Shown here in pieces: positions 39,163 to 51,612 of a stretch of 64,000 bases of DNA; position 1 is the first letter of the stretch, and every line of letters starts with the position of its first letter. Position numbers and translations under genes: made by a program. Under the pieces are notes generated by a model. It did not search any database, had not been told where the DNA came from, and saw nothing but the letters and a program-made list of their open reading frames with translations. The DNA comes from Balanoglossus misakiensis (lineage: Eukaryota; Animalia; Hemichordata). The DNA lies in NCBI GenBank assembly GCA_040954595.2, contig CM082593.2, forward strand, positions 7,042,043-7,106,042. The letters are read 5' to 3'.

Positions 39163-42100
39163 GAACGACGCCTTCATCACTGCAGTCAGATCAAGCAGAC
39201 TGCAGTTAAACAAGTTTCCTAAAAACAACAAGCTCAGTACTGAGTATCGGTTGGTGAATACATATGGACCGAGCATGTCATTATCAATGACACAGTTCCC
39301 TACGGATAAACATATTTAAAAACCGTTACACAATCCTCTACAGGCGACCATACTGGATCAGATCGCATTGTAACACTTACAGAAATGCACGTGTTCGTAA
39401 AAGTACATTACCTATGGCAAAAGGACGGCACGAGCGCATGCGCAATTCTAAAGTCCCCTGGACGACCTCCGCGGGGATTTTGTTCTTCCAGTCTGCTGAT
39501 TGGGCAAGATCGTGCGCGCGCGAGCGTAACAACATTCTATTCCTAACATCAGACGTGATGTTATTTTCAGATTTTATTCTGAGAGAAATCGAGATCAATC
39601 CATTGATATCCGTGATTAAAACACGAGCCCTGGAGTAAGCCTTCCCGTTTATGATTACATTTAAACTCCACGTTATGACCCCGCTGGTGCATCTTCCCAA
39701 AGTCTGCACGCATCGTCGGAGAAGAGTTCAGAAACTTATAAAAGCCATCAACGAACGAGAGCGTGGTAAACTTGTGTTCCAGGGAACCCAGCACCAGTGA
39801 TTGCCCTAATTTGGTTTTCATAAATTCAACAGACGATTTCAGGAACGACAATTATACACGTACGTATAAGATACAGTATAGCACTGTCCAGGTTATTGAC
39901 ACAAAATACTCGGAACTGGGATGAAAGAAATGATTGATCAATAAATCTAATTACAAATTAATCAATATCTCATATCTAGTGAAAATACACATCTTTTGAC
40001 ACGTCACTGCATTCACGTATTAAGACGCGGGCATCGAGAATCCCACCTTGTTATTTTTACCATAGAGAAGGGGGAAACAAAAAAGTTTCGATTAATGATT
40101 CTTCGGACAGCGAGAACAATCTCTATTACACACAGCTTCAGGGTAACAGAGAAACTGAACTCTGTTTGGAAAATTAGAGTAATGGCGAGTGTCTGATAAA
40201 ATGTCAGCAAGGGAACTCTACCCGAGAGTGTCGTAATTGGGACGATATAGAATAACATAGTCAGTAATGGGTGGGTGGGTACCATGTGACACAGCCTAGC
40301 GGTCTAATGGTTTCTGTACGATTGCTGGTGATGATATACAGTCATGTATAATCCGTGTATTATACAAATAAATAAATAAATATACCAAATGGAATATACG
40401 TATCTATGTATAAATACATACATACATACACTGATTGGCCATAGATTAGACACGGAGTGCCTATAGTGTGAACGGTTTTGAAATATGAAATGTAAATATA
40501 GGCTACCGTCTGTGATTATTCTAATATGGCCGCACAGACCCGGCACCCCAATTCGCGCCACTGGTGCTCAAGTCATAGTTCCCGCGTTTTCTGCGCTGCA
40601 AGACAAGTGATAGTCTGCGACAGGGCAGAGGTTTTGTACACACAGCGCAAGATTAATGTTTCGTTATTGGGGAAACACAAGGCACTCAAGGAAACATGAT
40701 CAATTCTATGTCAATTAATCGTCCTTCATGCGTGACCCCCGGGCGTCGAATGATGCTCCTGAACGACTTCAGAACAAAAAACAGAGATAATATTTCAAGT
40801 ACACTGCAAAAACATCCCACCGAGGGGCTGTCAAATACAGAGATCAAGTTAAGGGCAGCTTAATGATGCCTTTTTTCTGTGATTCTGTGCCAGTTTCATC
40901 GAATACGGCGTTGATTTGTGTCCTCATTTCGCCGAAGTGCTTCCTGAAATCGCGACAGCAAGTCGAGTTCTCGGAAGCGACCCATTCCCGCTGTTAATTT
41001 GATTGAACTCATAACAATCACAGAATTCGCACTCATTTACGTCACCTCGTCCGCCGCGCAACCGCAGTCCGCGAGGAATTGTTCTGGTGGAGCGCGCGGA
41101 CCCTTCTGTTGCTAGGGCAACTGGACATCTCCGTGATGATCTTTGCTGCAAGTGTTCATGAAAGTCAGAGCTGGGGTCTATTAAAATGGTCTGGAGAAGC
41201 CTGGCTACTCGCGATAAATGCTTTAATGCGCCGTTATTTTCACTCTTACATAGACACCGCGAAAGGTCGGGTCACAGGCACGTATAAAATCGCATCTCAA
41301 GAGACGCGAAAAATAATTATCAGTTCAAGAGGAGACGGGCACTGAATAAAGAGAATCTTGTCGGAGAAAGAACTTATAGGTTAATGTGGGTGGGTTCCTG
41401 GTAATTTGCCGCCGAGATGGAAGCTCAGCAATGGTGAATAAGCCCTGCAATTTTGATTCGCGTGAAAATCACTTTTGAATTCGGCTGCTGTGAACCGCAG
41501 TCAGAGGAGACTGTGCGCAGGATGCATGCATTTCCCCTAAGTCGCCGGAAACTTGGGGGTTATTAAGCCCAGTTAATGGCACCGCTTGACAGGTGGTTTG
41601 TTTGTTAGGTTATTCCTCACGTCAGACATTCAATTAGCGTGCTACATCGCGGGGCATATTCTTTGCTTCTTCTTCTAACCAATGACAAATTGCGGTGAAA
41701 GACCCTTGTTTAGACATGAACGCGCCAAATCAGGATCATCCCCGCATCGTTTGACGTCATCACCGTCGACGCGTGCCGTTGGCGAATATGAACTTGAGAT
41801 GCCAATCACGAATGGGGGTTCATATGATTTTTGATGATTTTGAGATAAAAGCAGAAGTGCCAGCACTATAGATACGGCCGTTACAGCCTTCACGTTACGA
41901 TGGAGTGTAGATTTAACGTCTTCGGTCTAAGGGAGATTTCAGTTATTATGATAGGGGTGGACCGGTGAAAATGGGGGAGGGTCACACTTTACATCACGGA
42001 CCGTCTCAACTATATCCTACACTATGTACACAGTAAATTTGTACTTTGTCTTTAAGCCGCCCCGACGATTGGAGCACAGCGCATGCAGTATTGACGATCG

Positions 42101-42690
42101 AACCCCCTCCTCCCCCTTTTAATTTTTCATGATCGACTCAAGCATGCCTGCATATTGACGATGGGACAGTCAAGCGTGTCGGTATAGGGGCCAAAGGGTG
42201 GCATATCGGGCATAGGCGCACGCCGTCATGCAGAGACGGCCAATCCGAATCACCGAAGTACGAACAGCGCTTTGACAGCAAACAGGTGCCGTTGGTGGCC
42301 CTCGAGTTGGCGGCACTCATGCGAAACGATGCTGGATTGGGGACACTTCACTCCCTGAAGAATCCCTATTCACCAGTGCACTTGTTTTTAATGCTGAGCT
42401 GGGTGCTGCGGTATCAGAAGGCAGCCAGCCAAGAATCTCGCAGGCAACTCTTCACCTAACCCACTTCACTGGCGAATGCGTAAAGCTGGCAATGAAATGA
42501 CACTCGAAAATTTGTGCCGCGAAACTCGATTGGGGCGCGAACCGTACTTGAAGGGGGCAGAAAGTAACAGGCTTATATGAGTTAAGATGTAATATTGTTG
42601 ATTTTACTCTCCGCTTCGGTTTCCCTTTAGTTTTTTTTTCCTAGATGGCGAATAGTTCTATGACCCAATTCTGCCACGCGCAGGCCACGG

Positions 42691-42909
42691 AATAGATGAT
42701 TTCCTATCACTGCGAGATCTCGCGAGATTTTTTTCATTACTATAGCAACAGGTTGCTAGCCAACTTCAGAATAGATGCAGGGTTTAACAAAAATTGTAAC
42801 TTTGCGCCGTTTTAAACGGTGGGCCATGTGTCGTTTGTCGTGTGTCACATCATAATGTCCTAATATAGACTGCCCAGGCAGTCTTGTGGAGTTCGGCAAC
42901 TGGTCTATT
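42691..42909. mobile_element. Small degenerate MITE with AATAGA...TCTATT ends carrying GCGAGATCTCGCGAGA
   Basis: The left end aatagatgatttcctatcactgcgagatctcgcgaga is nearly the reverse complement of 16922-16959. The right end gtggagttcggcaactggtctatt matches 60540-60563. Confidence 0.55.
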
Positions 42910-45154
42910 CAGAACGGGCGACATGCGCACAGCTCTTGTTGTACGCTGTATAATGATTTATGATGATGAAATGTTAATAACGGCCATAACTACAGGACAC
43001 GCCATATTATGGCGATGATGACTTTCGGGGATTAGGAGTAATCTGTCAGTCACTTCACGTCGATGGTGATTATAATGACGATGATGGCGTGTTTATATAG
43101 GGAGGGGTGGAATAATTGTAGAACGGTGGGGGTTTGCGGTGATTTTGATGATACCCAGGAGGTGGTCTTGTTCGTTTGGATGTGTCGGCAAGAACGGGGA
43201 GGATGGCTTTGTAATTGGTAATGGCAGGGAAACGCAATGGTCCTGATAGCTCAATATAGTCGCTTAATTAAAAGAACGAACACGAAGAAAATTCTCCGGG
43301 TTTTTACAGCCCCGTGAACTAGTACTAAAATTGACATAATTGAACTAAACATCCCGTGGAAAATTTCTGTTTGGGCTTGGCGTGGTTTTATCGGCTGCGC
43401 GGGTAATCAATCAGACTCGCGCTCGGGCGAAATCAAATTAGAGCGAAATAATTCGACGCGGCGTGTCAAGTTTGATCAAGTGCTGTATTGTTCAACGGAT
43501 TAGATCGGGATAATCCCGGACGGTAAATTCACCTGGCCTGTGTCTGCCGCTTGCGCTGGAAACGGCGCACTTTCCGCGCGATTCTGCGCGGTAGTATTAT
43601 GACCGGGTTTCTGGAAGCTCTCGTGTACGTTAGACGATTTTGTCTGCCGGATTTGCTTCAGGCATATTTTTCTATCACGCTTGTATAGACACCTCAGTTA
43701 GGGCTCGCCGCCTCTCTGCTAGTAGGACCACAAGGGACACTGTCACTGAACGAGGGATAGCATTATTTTAAATGCACGGACACGTTTAAAAAGACCGAAA
43801 ATTTTAGTGGTGAAATTATTTTGCCTAAGTCCTAAAACGTTGGATCCTAACATTTGAAACATTAAACCTCAAAAAACATTGCTGATTTTGAAACAATATG
43901 CGTCACGTGATTGATGGCATTTTGAAAATAAAAAGGGCAACTTATTTGGGTTAATAAGCCACATGAGAACCTGCATCTGACTGAAAAAATTTACTGCGTC
44001 CGGTATGACCGTGTTAATATGAACATTATTGTACAATAAATATCCGTCAAGAGCGATTTTTTTTTGCGTCATACGTCATGAACACTGCGGGGTCGCTGGA
44101 ATTTCCGTCTCTGGCATAGATTAACATATCGGTGAATTCTTATATTGGCTTTGTATGAGTGTTCAGTTAAGGTAATAGATGGTACAATCAGGTCGTTGAG
44201 TCACTTCTGGTGTGGACGGACAGAAAACGTCCTCATTCGGGGGCGAGTTCACAGAGGAGGAAAGTAAACGGACAATCCGCCTATTTATAACAGTCACAAT
44301 GCCCGGCTTTGAATTTCGCTCGCTGCATGCACGTACTGCGCGGCGTAAATTGCGCGTCTGTCGCGGCGGCGCTGCGAGCAGGGCACGGAACAGAACGCCT
44401 AATGATGCTAGTTACCGGAACAGGATTTCGTAGATTTGGGGCAATCACGTGTGCGTCTTAATAAAATCACAGAACTGCCGAAATCGTTCCTTTTGTGTCT
44501 GACAAAAAAAAAAAAAAAACGAAGAGAAAGCGATTGGGCAAGCACCTGGACGGCGAATTCACGAGTCCTCGAGCTGAATGCCGAAAATTGTATGGGGTAC
44601 GGATGTCACATATTCTTCAGTGCATTGAATCTGGTAAATGAGACCACAAAAAGCGATGCTGGGTGCTCATATAAGCCTGCGATGAAACCACAGCAGCTAT
44701 ATGTACCAGTTGTATTCGTATTGTACGCGGAAACAGTTCCGCCAATTATCTTACCGCCGCCGATTGCAGGTCGGTCTTACGTTCACCGGAATCTACTTAG
44801 TTACTCTGTCCCACTGCATAAGGTACTCATGTGCCTCTAACATGCATCATAAATCATTGACGGCAATATCTCATGCTTTTAAAACGTAAACTTATTCCCA
44901 CCTGACTCGTAAAGGACGCTGATGGAAATTCTTAAAATGATGCCAAAAATCAATTTGGCTCGTGGTGGTAAGTCGCGCAGTCTAGACGCGCAGTAATAGG
45001 GGACCGTTGAAGATTAAAAGCAACCCAACGTAAACATTAAACATCGGACAGGATTCCTCTACAGGGCGAATATGGGCGGGCCAATCACCGGGGTTCTGTT
45101 TGCCTCGCTCGGTATTTCATAATTTAAATAAATAATTCACTTTTTCTTTTTCAG

Positions 45155-45268
45155 TTCCATGTTGGGCCGGATATCATAGGAAAATCCCCACCCAAGAGAC
45201 GTTCAAGTCTTAAATGATGACGTCACTGTTTGGTTCGGTTTCACCTACCACGGCAGCTACCCTAACAG
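45155..45268 (+). other. Candidate non-coding 5' UTR exon of the K2P gene
   Basis: Strong acceptor cactttttctttttcag| and perfect donor CAG|GTAAGT. All three frames contain stops. Another perfect donor (GTG|GTAAGT at 44968) lies 187 nt upstream of the acceptor. Confidence 0.45.
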
Positions 45269-47043
45269 GTAAGTCTTACACCTGCCAACAACCTCTTAAG
45301 TTAAATCAATCTGAATCTATAAAACCTGTTTATTCGAATTCGGTGGCCTTGATCGTGTTACTTGGTTGCATTGCAACACAGGAGCGGGAATGGTTTTCAA
45401 ACCCCACAAATATTAACTCAATCGGGCCGACCACAATTACAGCGACAGGTTCTGATAGAGTGATCTCCGGCTGCGAAATCAGATAAAGAAATTGAAATTT
45501 AAACACGCCACCTCGAGTCGAATGAAGTTTATTAGTTGGGGCTCTCGGGGGAAAATGTGGTCTTCCCAAAAACATTGCGAATTTAGCAGGGCAACGAGTG
45601 GCGGCAGAACGATCTCTCCCGGAAGTGAGTCTTTCATGACCCCTATATGACCCTGCATCCTCGTACTTCCGTTGGTTTGAGGTCTTGAAAATTCAACATT
45701 TGGGGACAAGAAACGAGTAAAATGTTTCTTGGAAAAGGGTCACTTTAGTAATCCAATACATAAGTTATTGACTACAGCTGCAATTATATAGTTTTTCGAC
45801 GTTTTAGTCAACGTGGTGGATTCTTACCAGCGGAAGTACGAGGAGGTAATGTCATGTAGGGGTCATGAAACGGCCTATTCCTTGCTCACATCTATGCTGG
45901 CTTCTCGAACATTACATATGACGTCATCAATGATGAAGCTTGGGAATTAACTGTTATCTTTTGAACGCGGAGAAGCCGTAACCATTTAGTTTCCACATCA
46001 ACTGAACCAATGATTGTGTTCTCTGTGCCAGGTGCGACGATCTTTTTTTCCCTATTACGGGGTTTTATTACCTGTCAATTTCTAGCCCCCCAAAAGGCGA
46101 CAAGGAAGTCCGATATCAATACTCGGTGTTAAACTGACATTTTTACCACAATGACTCAATGAACGACTCTGTGACTAATAGACGTTTCTACTGATTGCGG
46201 TTTTAAATTCAATTAATACTCTCTTCCAAAAAAACGAGCACACATCGGACAACGTTTCTGATGATATCTTACCATTTGAAAAGGGAATGAAATATGACAC
46301 TAACTAGAATTTTTCCATCAAAAGCGCGGGGCCGTGTTGATATAACACGTTTTTCAATTAACAAAGGTGTTTACATATCGAAAACGGACATTTTTATTGA
46401 ATTTCTGTCCATAACTTAGATATAATTAACTGTACACCGATGTTATCCTATATAAAGAAAGGACTCTATTCATCAAAATAGTGAAAATATGCTACATGTG
46501 AGATTTTTTTCGAGTTTTGATCATTTTGTCGCATCAAAGACCTATCGTCTGGCATTGCAATTTTTTCTATTGCCATGGCTCTATTGGTGACGGTTTTCAA
46601 ATATGCTATAACAGTAGAAGAAATGCTGTATGTGACAGTAATTTATCTCATCATATTGCCCCCGGTGTAGGTCATTAATTAGAGTGACAATTATGCTTTA
46701 AGCCCCCCTAAGTGCTCAATACTCAGGACCCGGCCAGCCAAGCAATTTTGCTCGTGCATTCTTAGAACCTTGCTGTCGGTTTTGCCGCGTCGACGATGGT
46801 GTGTAGATTGAGTAACTATAGCCGAAATCGATTGGTTTTATGACTAAGTAGATAAAAAGGGGGAACCGTCTTCGCTGATTTGTCTAAATAGCAGCAATTA
46901 ATGACTCATTTTGCGTATGACGTCATCGTTTGTTGCGCCCAACACTTTATGAGGAAATAGGCATAGACGTCGTTTCTGATGTTTCGTCTCACTCAAGTTT
47001 ACGGACTATTTTTGAGGGACGTTTCAATTTTTTCTCTCTCCAG

Positions 47044-47098
47044 ATATCAGACCGCGGTACTAGGAATGGATTTTGTCTTTGCCCGTTGACTTGGGAAG
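47044..47098 (+). other. Candidate non-coding 5' UTR micro-exon (55 nt) of the K2P gene
   Basis: Very strong acceptor caattttttctctctccag| and perfect donor AAG|GTAAGT. Same strand as, and upstream of, the channel. Confidence 0.5.
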
Positions 47099-50000
47099 GT
47101 AAGTGAGCACTTTAGTGCTTGTTCACATGTTCTTGCTCCATTGATCAATTTTCTAGCCGTTAGCTGTACGCCAAATGGAGCTTTTCGAAAACTCATGTTC
47201 AGTGATTGAGTTTGGCGAAGCGTAAACGCGGTTTAAGTTGTTCCGAACTACTGAGCAGTTTGCACGTGGCTCCGCCGGCATATTAGCATACTGGGCACCA
47301 ACAGAAAATCAAAGTCTTTGTACATGGCGCGGCGGCGGGGAGGGAGGGGGGGGGGCTCCACTTTACTCGTACTGTTGCCTTTTCCAACAAGCCACCTTCG
47401 TGATTTTGTCTCTCTGCGTACGTGAGATAACTGGCTTTAGTTCTTTGGCACAAATCCGTTCACAGGAGAGTTGCATAGCAGCTGTGGACACCTGAACGTA
47501 TTCGATGGAGATAAATGTCCGCCATATTGGATCACATCTCCAAACGAATCAGTGTGCTCACACATTGTGACATTGTCCTTCACGCATCTTTATCCACGAC
47601 AAACCACGCCACACAGAACATTGACCTCGTTTCAACTCTGGCGTAAATTGGTTCAGGCATATTTGAGCGGTGGCGGTACCAAATATTGCTATTAAAACAA
47701 ATTTCCAAGTGTCGGACATATTGGATCGTATTACAAAACTCTCTTTTAGCCGAATCTGGACGCATTGGACAAGTGTGTTCATGATTAAGTGCGACATAGA
47801 ATTTTGTCCTTGTATCAAGGTTGAACAAAACTGATTCTCAGGGCATGTATTTAGCAATCCTGCGCTAAAAACACAAAATGAGAAACAAAATGGCCGCTTG
47901 CGGCTATAAGCTTAATGGATCACGTCCCGAAACACATCACTGACATGTGTATGCGGACCAAAGCCAGTTGTCTTTATGTCGAGACGGCCGACGGTACTGT
48001 GGTTCACAAATTAGGTCACGAGTTTCTGGATGTCTGTCTGAATACTAACTTCGTCCTTGGAGACCGAAAAGAAAAACTTTTAAGGAGCGTTATGCAAATT
48101 TTAATCAGAAAACCAAACGCGAATTTACCAATATTTAACTTAACTTATCTACCAACCCTGTCAATTTCATGAGAAAGTTATATTTCTCCTTAACCGTGAT
48201 ACGAATAATTCCACCTTTACAATGTGACTCGTTCGGGATTAGGTATATACTGACGGAGAATGGTAATTCACAAACGCCGCTGTTCCGGTCCAACCACGTG
48301 AGGTATGGACAGTCCAAACAAACAACTCCACGGGTATGCAAGGTTATCGTGATCCCTTGGCTGGGGCATTACATTATTGAAGGTACGGCGGAGCGCGTCA
48401 AGGTGACATTTGCATTTCAGACGTCCTTGGCGATCGCGAAGTATACTTGGAGTTACTCCCACGATCAGCCCTTTGTTGAACGCCTATTGCCAAAAGCGAT
48501 GACGTAAGCTCTGGGCGGATTGAGCACAGGAAATGCCCAGCGAAGGTCAACTGAGGCGTCGTCCTTCAAAAAAGCGCCTCCATCGCCTCTTGTGCAACCA
48601 CCAGATAATAAATCTGAGAACACAATGCAGCTTTAATCCCGCGTTTCTCAGAAAAAAACACGTCCTTTCCTACAGTGCCGCGGTAAACATGTCGAGTTGA
48701 CTTCCCAGCAAATGAAACTGTCACGCACGAGCGGTCCTGTCAAATGAGTTTTGACGAGTTCGAACACTGAGTAATATGACGCATAAAATCTACGTAATGG
48801 TTTTCCCAATAACGAGCAAGAAGATGGTTCGACCCAAATGCCGAATCCTCATGCTTCTGCACTTCGTCAGTACTAAAATAAGTTCAATGTCAAACGCATG
48901 TTTTTCTAGAAATCACATATAGATACTGTATCAGTTGACAAAATGGTGTCCTCGCATAATGGAACCTGAAATACTATAAAAACAGCTTTGATTTACCGAC
49001 GATAATACGACAATGTCATGAAACACAATATCTACCATTTTCGAGGTCTATAAAAAGAGCTAATCGTCTCCCGGTAAAATTGAAGTTACCAGACATGTAA
49101 ATGGTCTGGGGAATAACATTACCCATCCAGACATCTTGTATCTTTAATAGACTGCCCATGAATTCGGTTATTAAACGCATTAAGAACGCATGACCCAAAT
49201 ACGACACTTTTCTTGCAAATATAACTTATTGGAAACTTTGAGTATGAAATAGACACGAGAAAGACAAAGTAGTACATTACATGTTTGCGTAATGTCTTGG
49301 CAGATAGAAATCTGACCCGTGACCTTATTTCAATCAGTGGTTTCAAGTTGTTGAGAGTCCTACTTAATAACGGTGAGGAATATTCGCGAGCTTTTCTCTC
49401 AGTCGGTTTGGAATAATCTAGCATGAGACTTACGATATGAATCCTAAATAAGTAAACCGATCAGCAGAAAATATTAATCCGATGATACTGTGTAATACGG
49501 CGGCCATATTTTGAGAATCATTCCCAAGGCCAAAACAAGGGCCCTGGTTTAATACCGCTACGTTTTTCCACAAGTGTACTTGCAAAGTAGGTGTAAATAT
49601 CTGCATCAGTAATAGCTGGCTTTTTTCAACACTTACACTTAGAAGGTATTAATGTTTTGTTCATATTGATGTACGCAGAATTATCAGTTGCTGCAGATGT
49701 ATAGTCACACACCGTATGTGCACGGGCACGAGAGAGAGAAGTAATTAAAACTACTCAGCTACATTGGAGATACTTGGGCCATTAGTCAAAACTGACGTAG
49801 TCATGTAAAATTACACCATTTAAAGCGATGAAAGAAGTTAGAAAATTGAAGTCGGTGTCAACTCATGTCCAGGGAAAGTAATGCCACTGTTCGCGTTGCC
49901 AGGCAACAAAATAGTCTCATCATATAATCCGGTAGATGAGTCAGGCGTTGCCGTGGCAACCCAATGTTCTATTACTTCAGCGATTTCGAAGCAAATTATT

Positions 50001-51583
50001 TTCTTTATTGAAATACGCGCATTCGAGTTCTGCGATGTATGAAGAATAGTCCCGCTTTTCAAGGGGAGACGGTGGGCGACGTGACTCGGGTTTTACGACA
50101 GACTTGGCAATAAGCGCACGCTTGGTAGTGCATTGAAAGACAACGTGGAAACGTGTGCCATCTAAAATATAAAAAAATACCCTGAAATCAGGATCCGTTT
50201 TCAACAAAATGAATCTAGCAATGCGATAAGACCCAAACGCACAGTCTCTGCGAAATTTTGCTATTTTTTCGGGTAAAAGTTGACGTGACCGTTCTCTCCC
50301 TGCGATAGGCGGAGGTCAGATAACTCGGGCCGCCGCCAGTTGGTTGTGTTCACTTTGGATGGGGGTGGTATCGTTTAAATTAACTTTTGATGGGCAAAAA
50401 TCACTAACGTCTGATGTATGGGCGTATGTAAATTGGAGGTGACTGTATACCTTTAAGTGTGCTTTCCCCCCCCCTCCCCATTTGCAAAAATACGCGTCGC
50501 AAACATACCTTGCTGTCTTGATCATTAACATTTTGTAACGCATTCTCAGTGCAGCCCAGTGAAATAAAGTGGGTTTTGACGACCTCAGCTATAAGCCGGG
50601 CGATTTTTTTACCTCTATATCCTAAAGAAGAATTTTATGTCACGAGGCGTTTCCAATGTTTTCCCGAACACGCGAAGCAAATTTCGATGGTACTCGAGGC
50701 TAGGGAATCCGGCTGACTTTTTGCCGGCGAGGAGGCGTTATATTTTCATCAACACCTCGCGTTTTTCCAATATGGCCGTTCCACTCAAATATTCCGTCGT
50801 TTTTATTAATTTGAAAGGTAATAAATGCCAAAGGTGTACCTCGAGTCACTCTGTTGTGAGATTTGATTGAGAAGAGGAAATCGAGAGAGGGGGATTGGTT
50901 TTCTGATCCGCCATCTCTCTGCTCTGTTACTGCAGTATCGTGTTTGTTAAAAGCGGATGTGGGATTGGGACAGAAATATTAAAGGCTGGTGATCGTTCTA
51001 GCTACCATATTTCACGCACTGTATATTAAAGTTTTGCCCTTCTTTTCACCAAATTTTCTGTCTTTTCCTAATCGCCGACACAGACTATGGTCCCTGCCAT
51101 GTGTGTTGCGCCTGGAACTCCGCAAATGATTGCCAATTCGACAACCGCCCTCTGTCAGAAACGTATACACGTTTCCCACAATTGATACAAAAATGTAAAA
51201 AAAAATATGAACGTGCTCACCCATACACTAATTCCGTAATTCTGTGGGATTATTAACATCATCTTGCAGAACCTTCGGCGCCAATGTGATGAAACCTTGA
51301 CAAATCTCCACTCCACCAGAAGATTGGAATGAGAGTATAAACCACTGAAAAATGGTACAAATTATAAAAAAAAGTTAATAATCTTGTATATCGATGGAAA
51401 TTTGAGCCCAATTCAATGCGACGTGAGAATTAATACACCACGTACAATCAAAATATTGGCAGGCAGGATACCACGAGAAATTCTGGAAAAATTATAAAGT
51501 GGTGTGGTAAAAACAGTTACGTCATTGTCGTCATCGGTCACTGAAATGTTTTAGAGTTTTATCAATAGCGCTTAGAGGCAAGG

Positions 51584-51612
51584 CAGACAGACAGACAGAC
51601 AGACAGACAGTC
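51584..51612. repeat. (CAGA)n microsatellite
   Basis: cagacagacagacagacagacagacag. Confidence 0.9.

Noticed and set aside
41675-41893. 72-aa minus-strand ORF with a signal-peptide-like start (MKAVTAVSIVLALLLLSQ)
   Set aside because: It begins at GTG rather than ATG, which is unlikely in a eukaryote. It has no splice support and no repeated neuropeptide-type cleavage pattern.
45074-45086. GGGCGG plus CCAAT pair as the core promoter
   Set aside because: It lies inside the predicted 187-nt intron just before a strong acceptor. It cannot be told from chance without TSS data.
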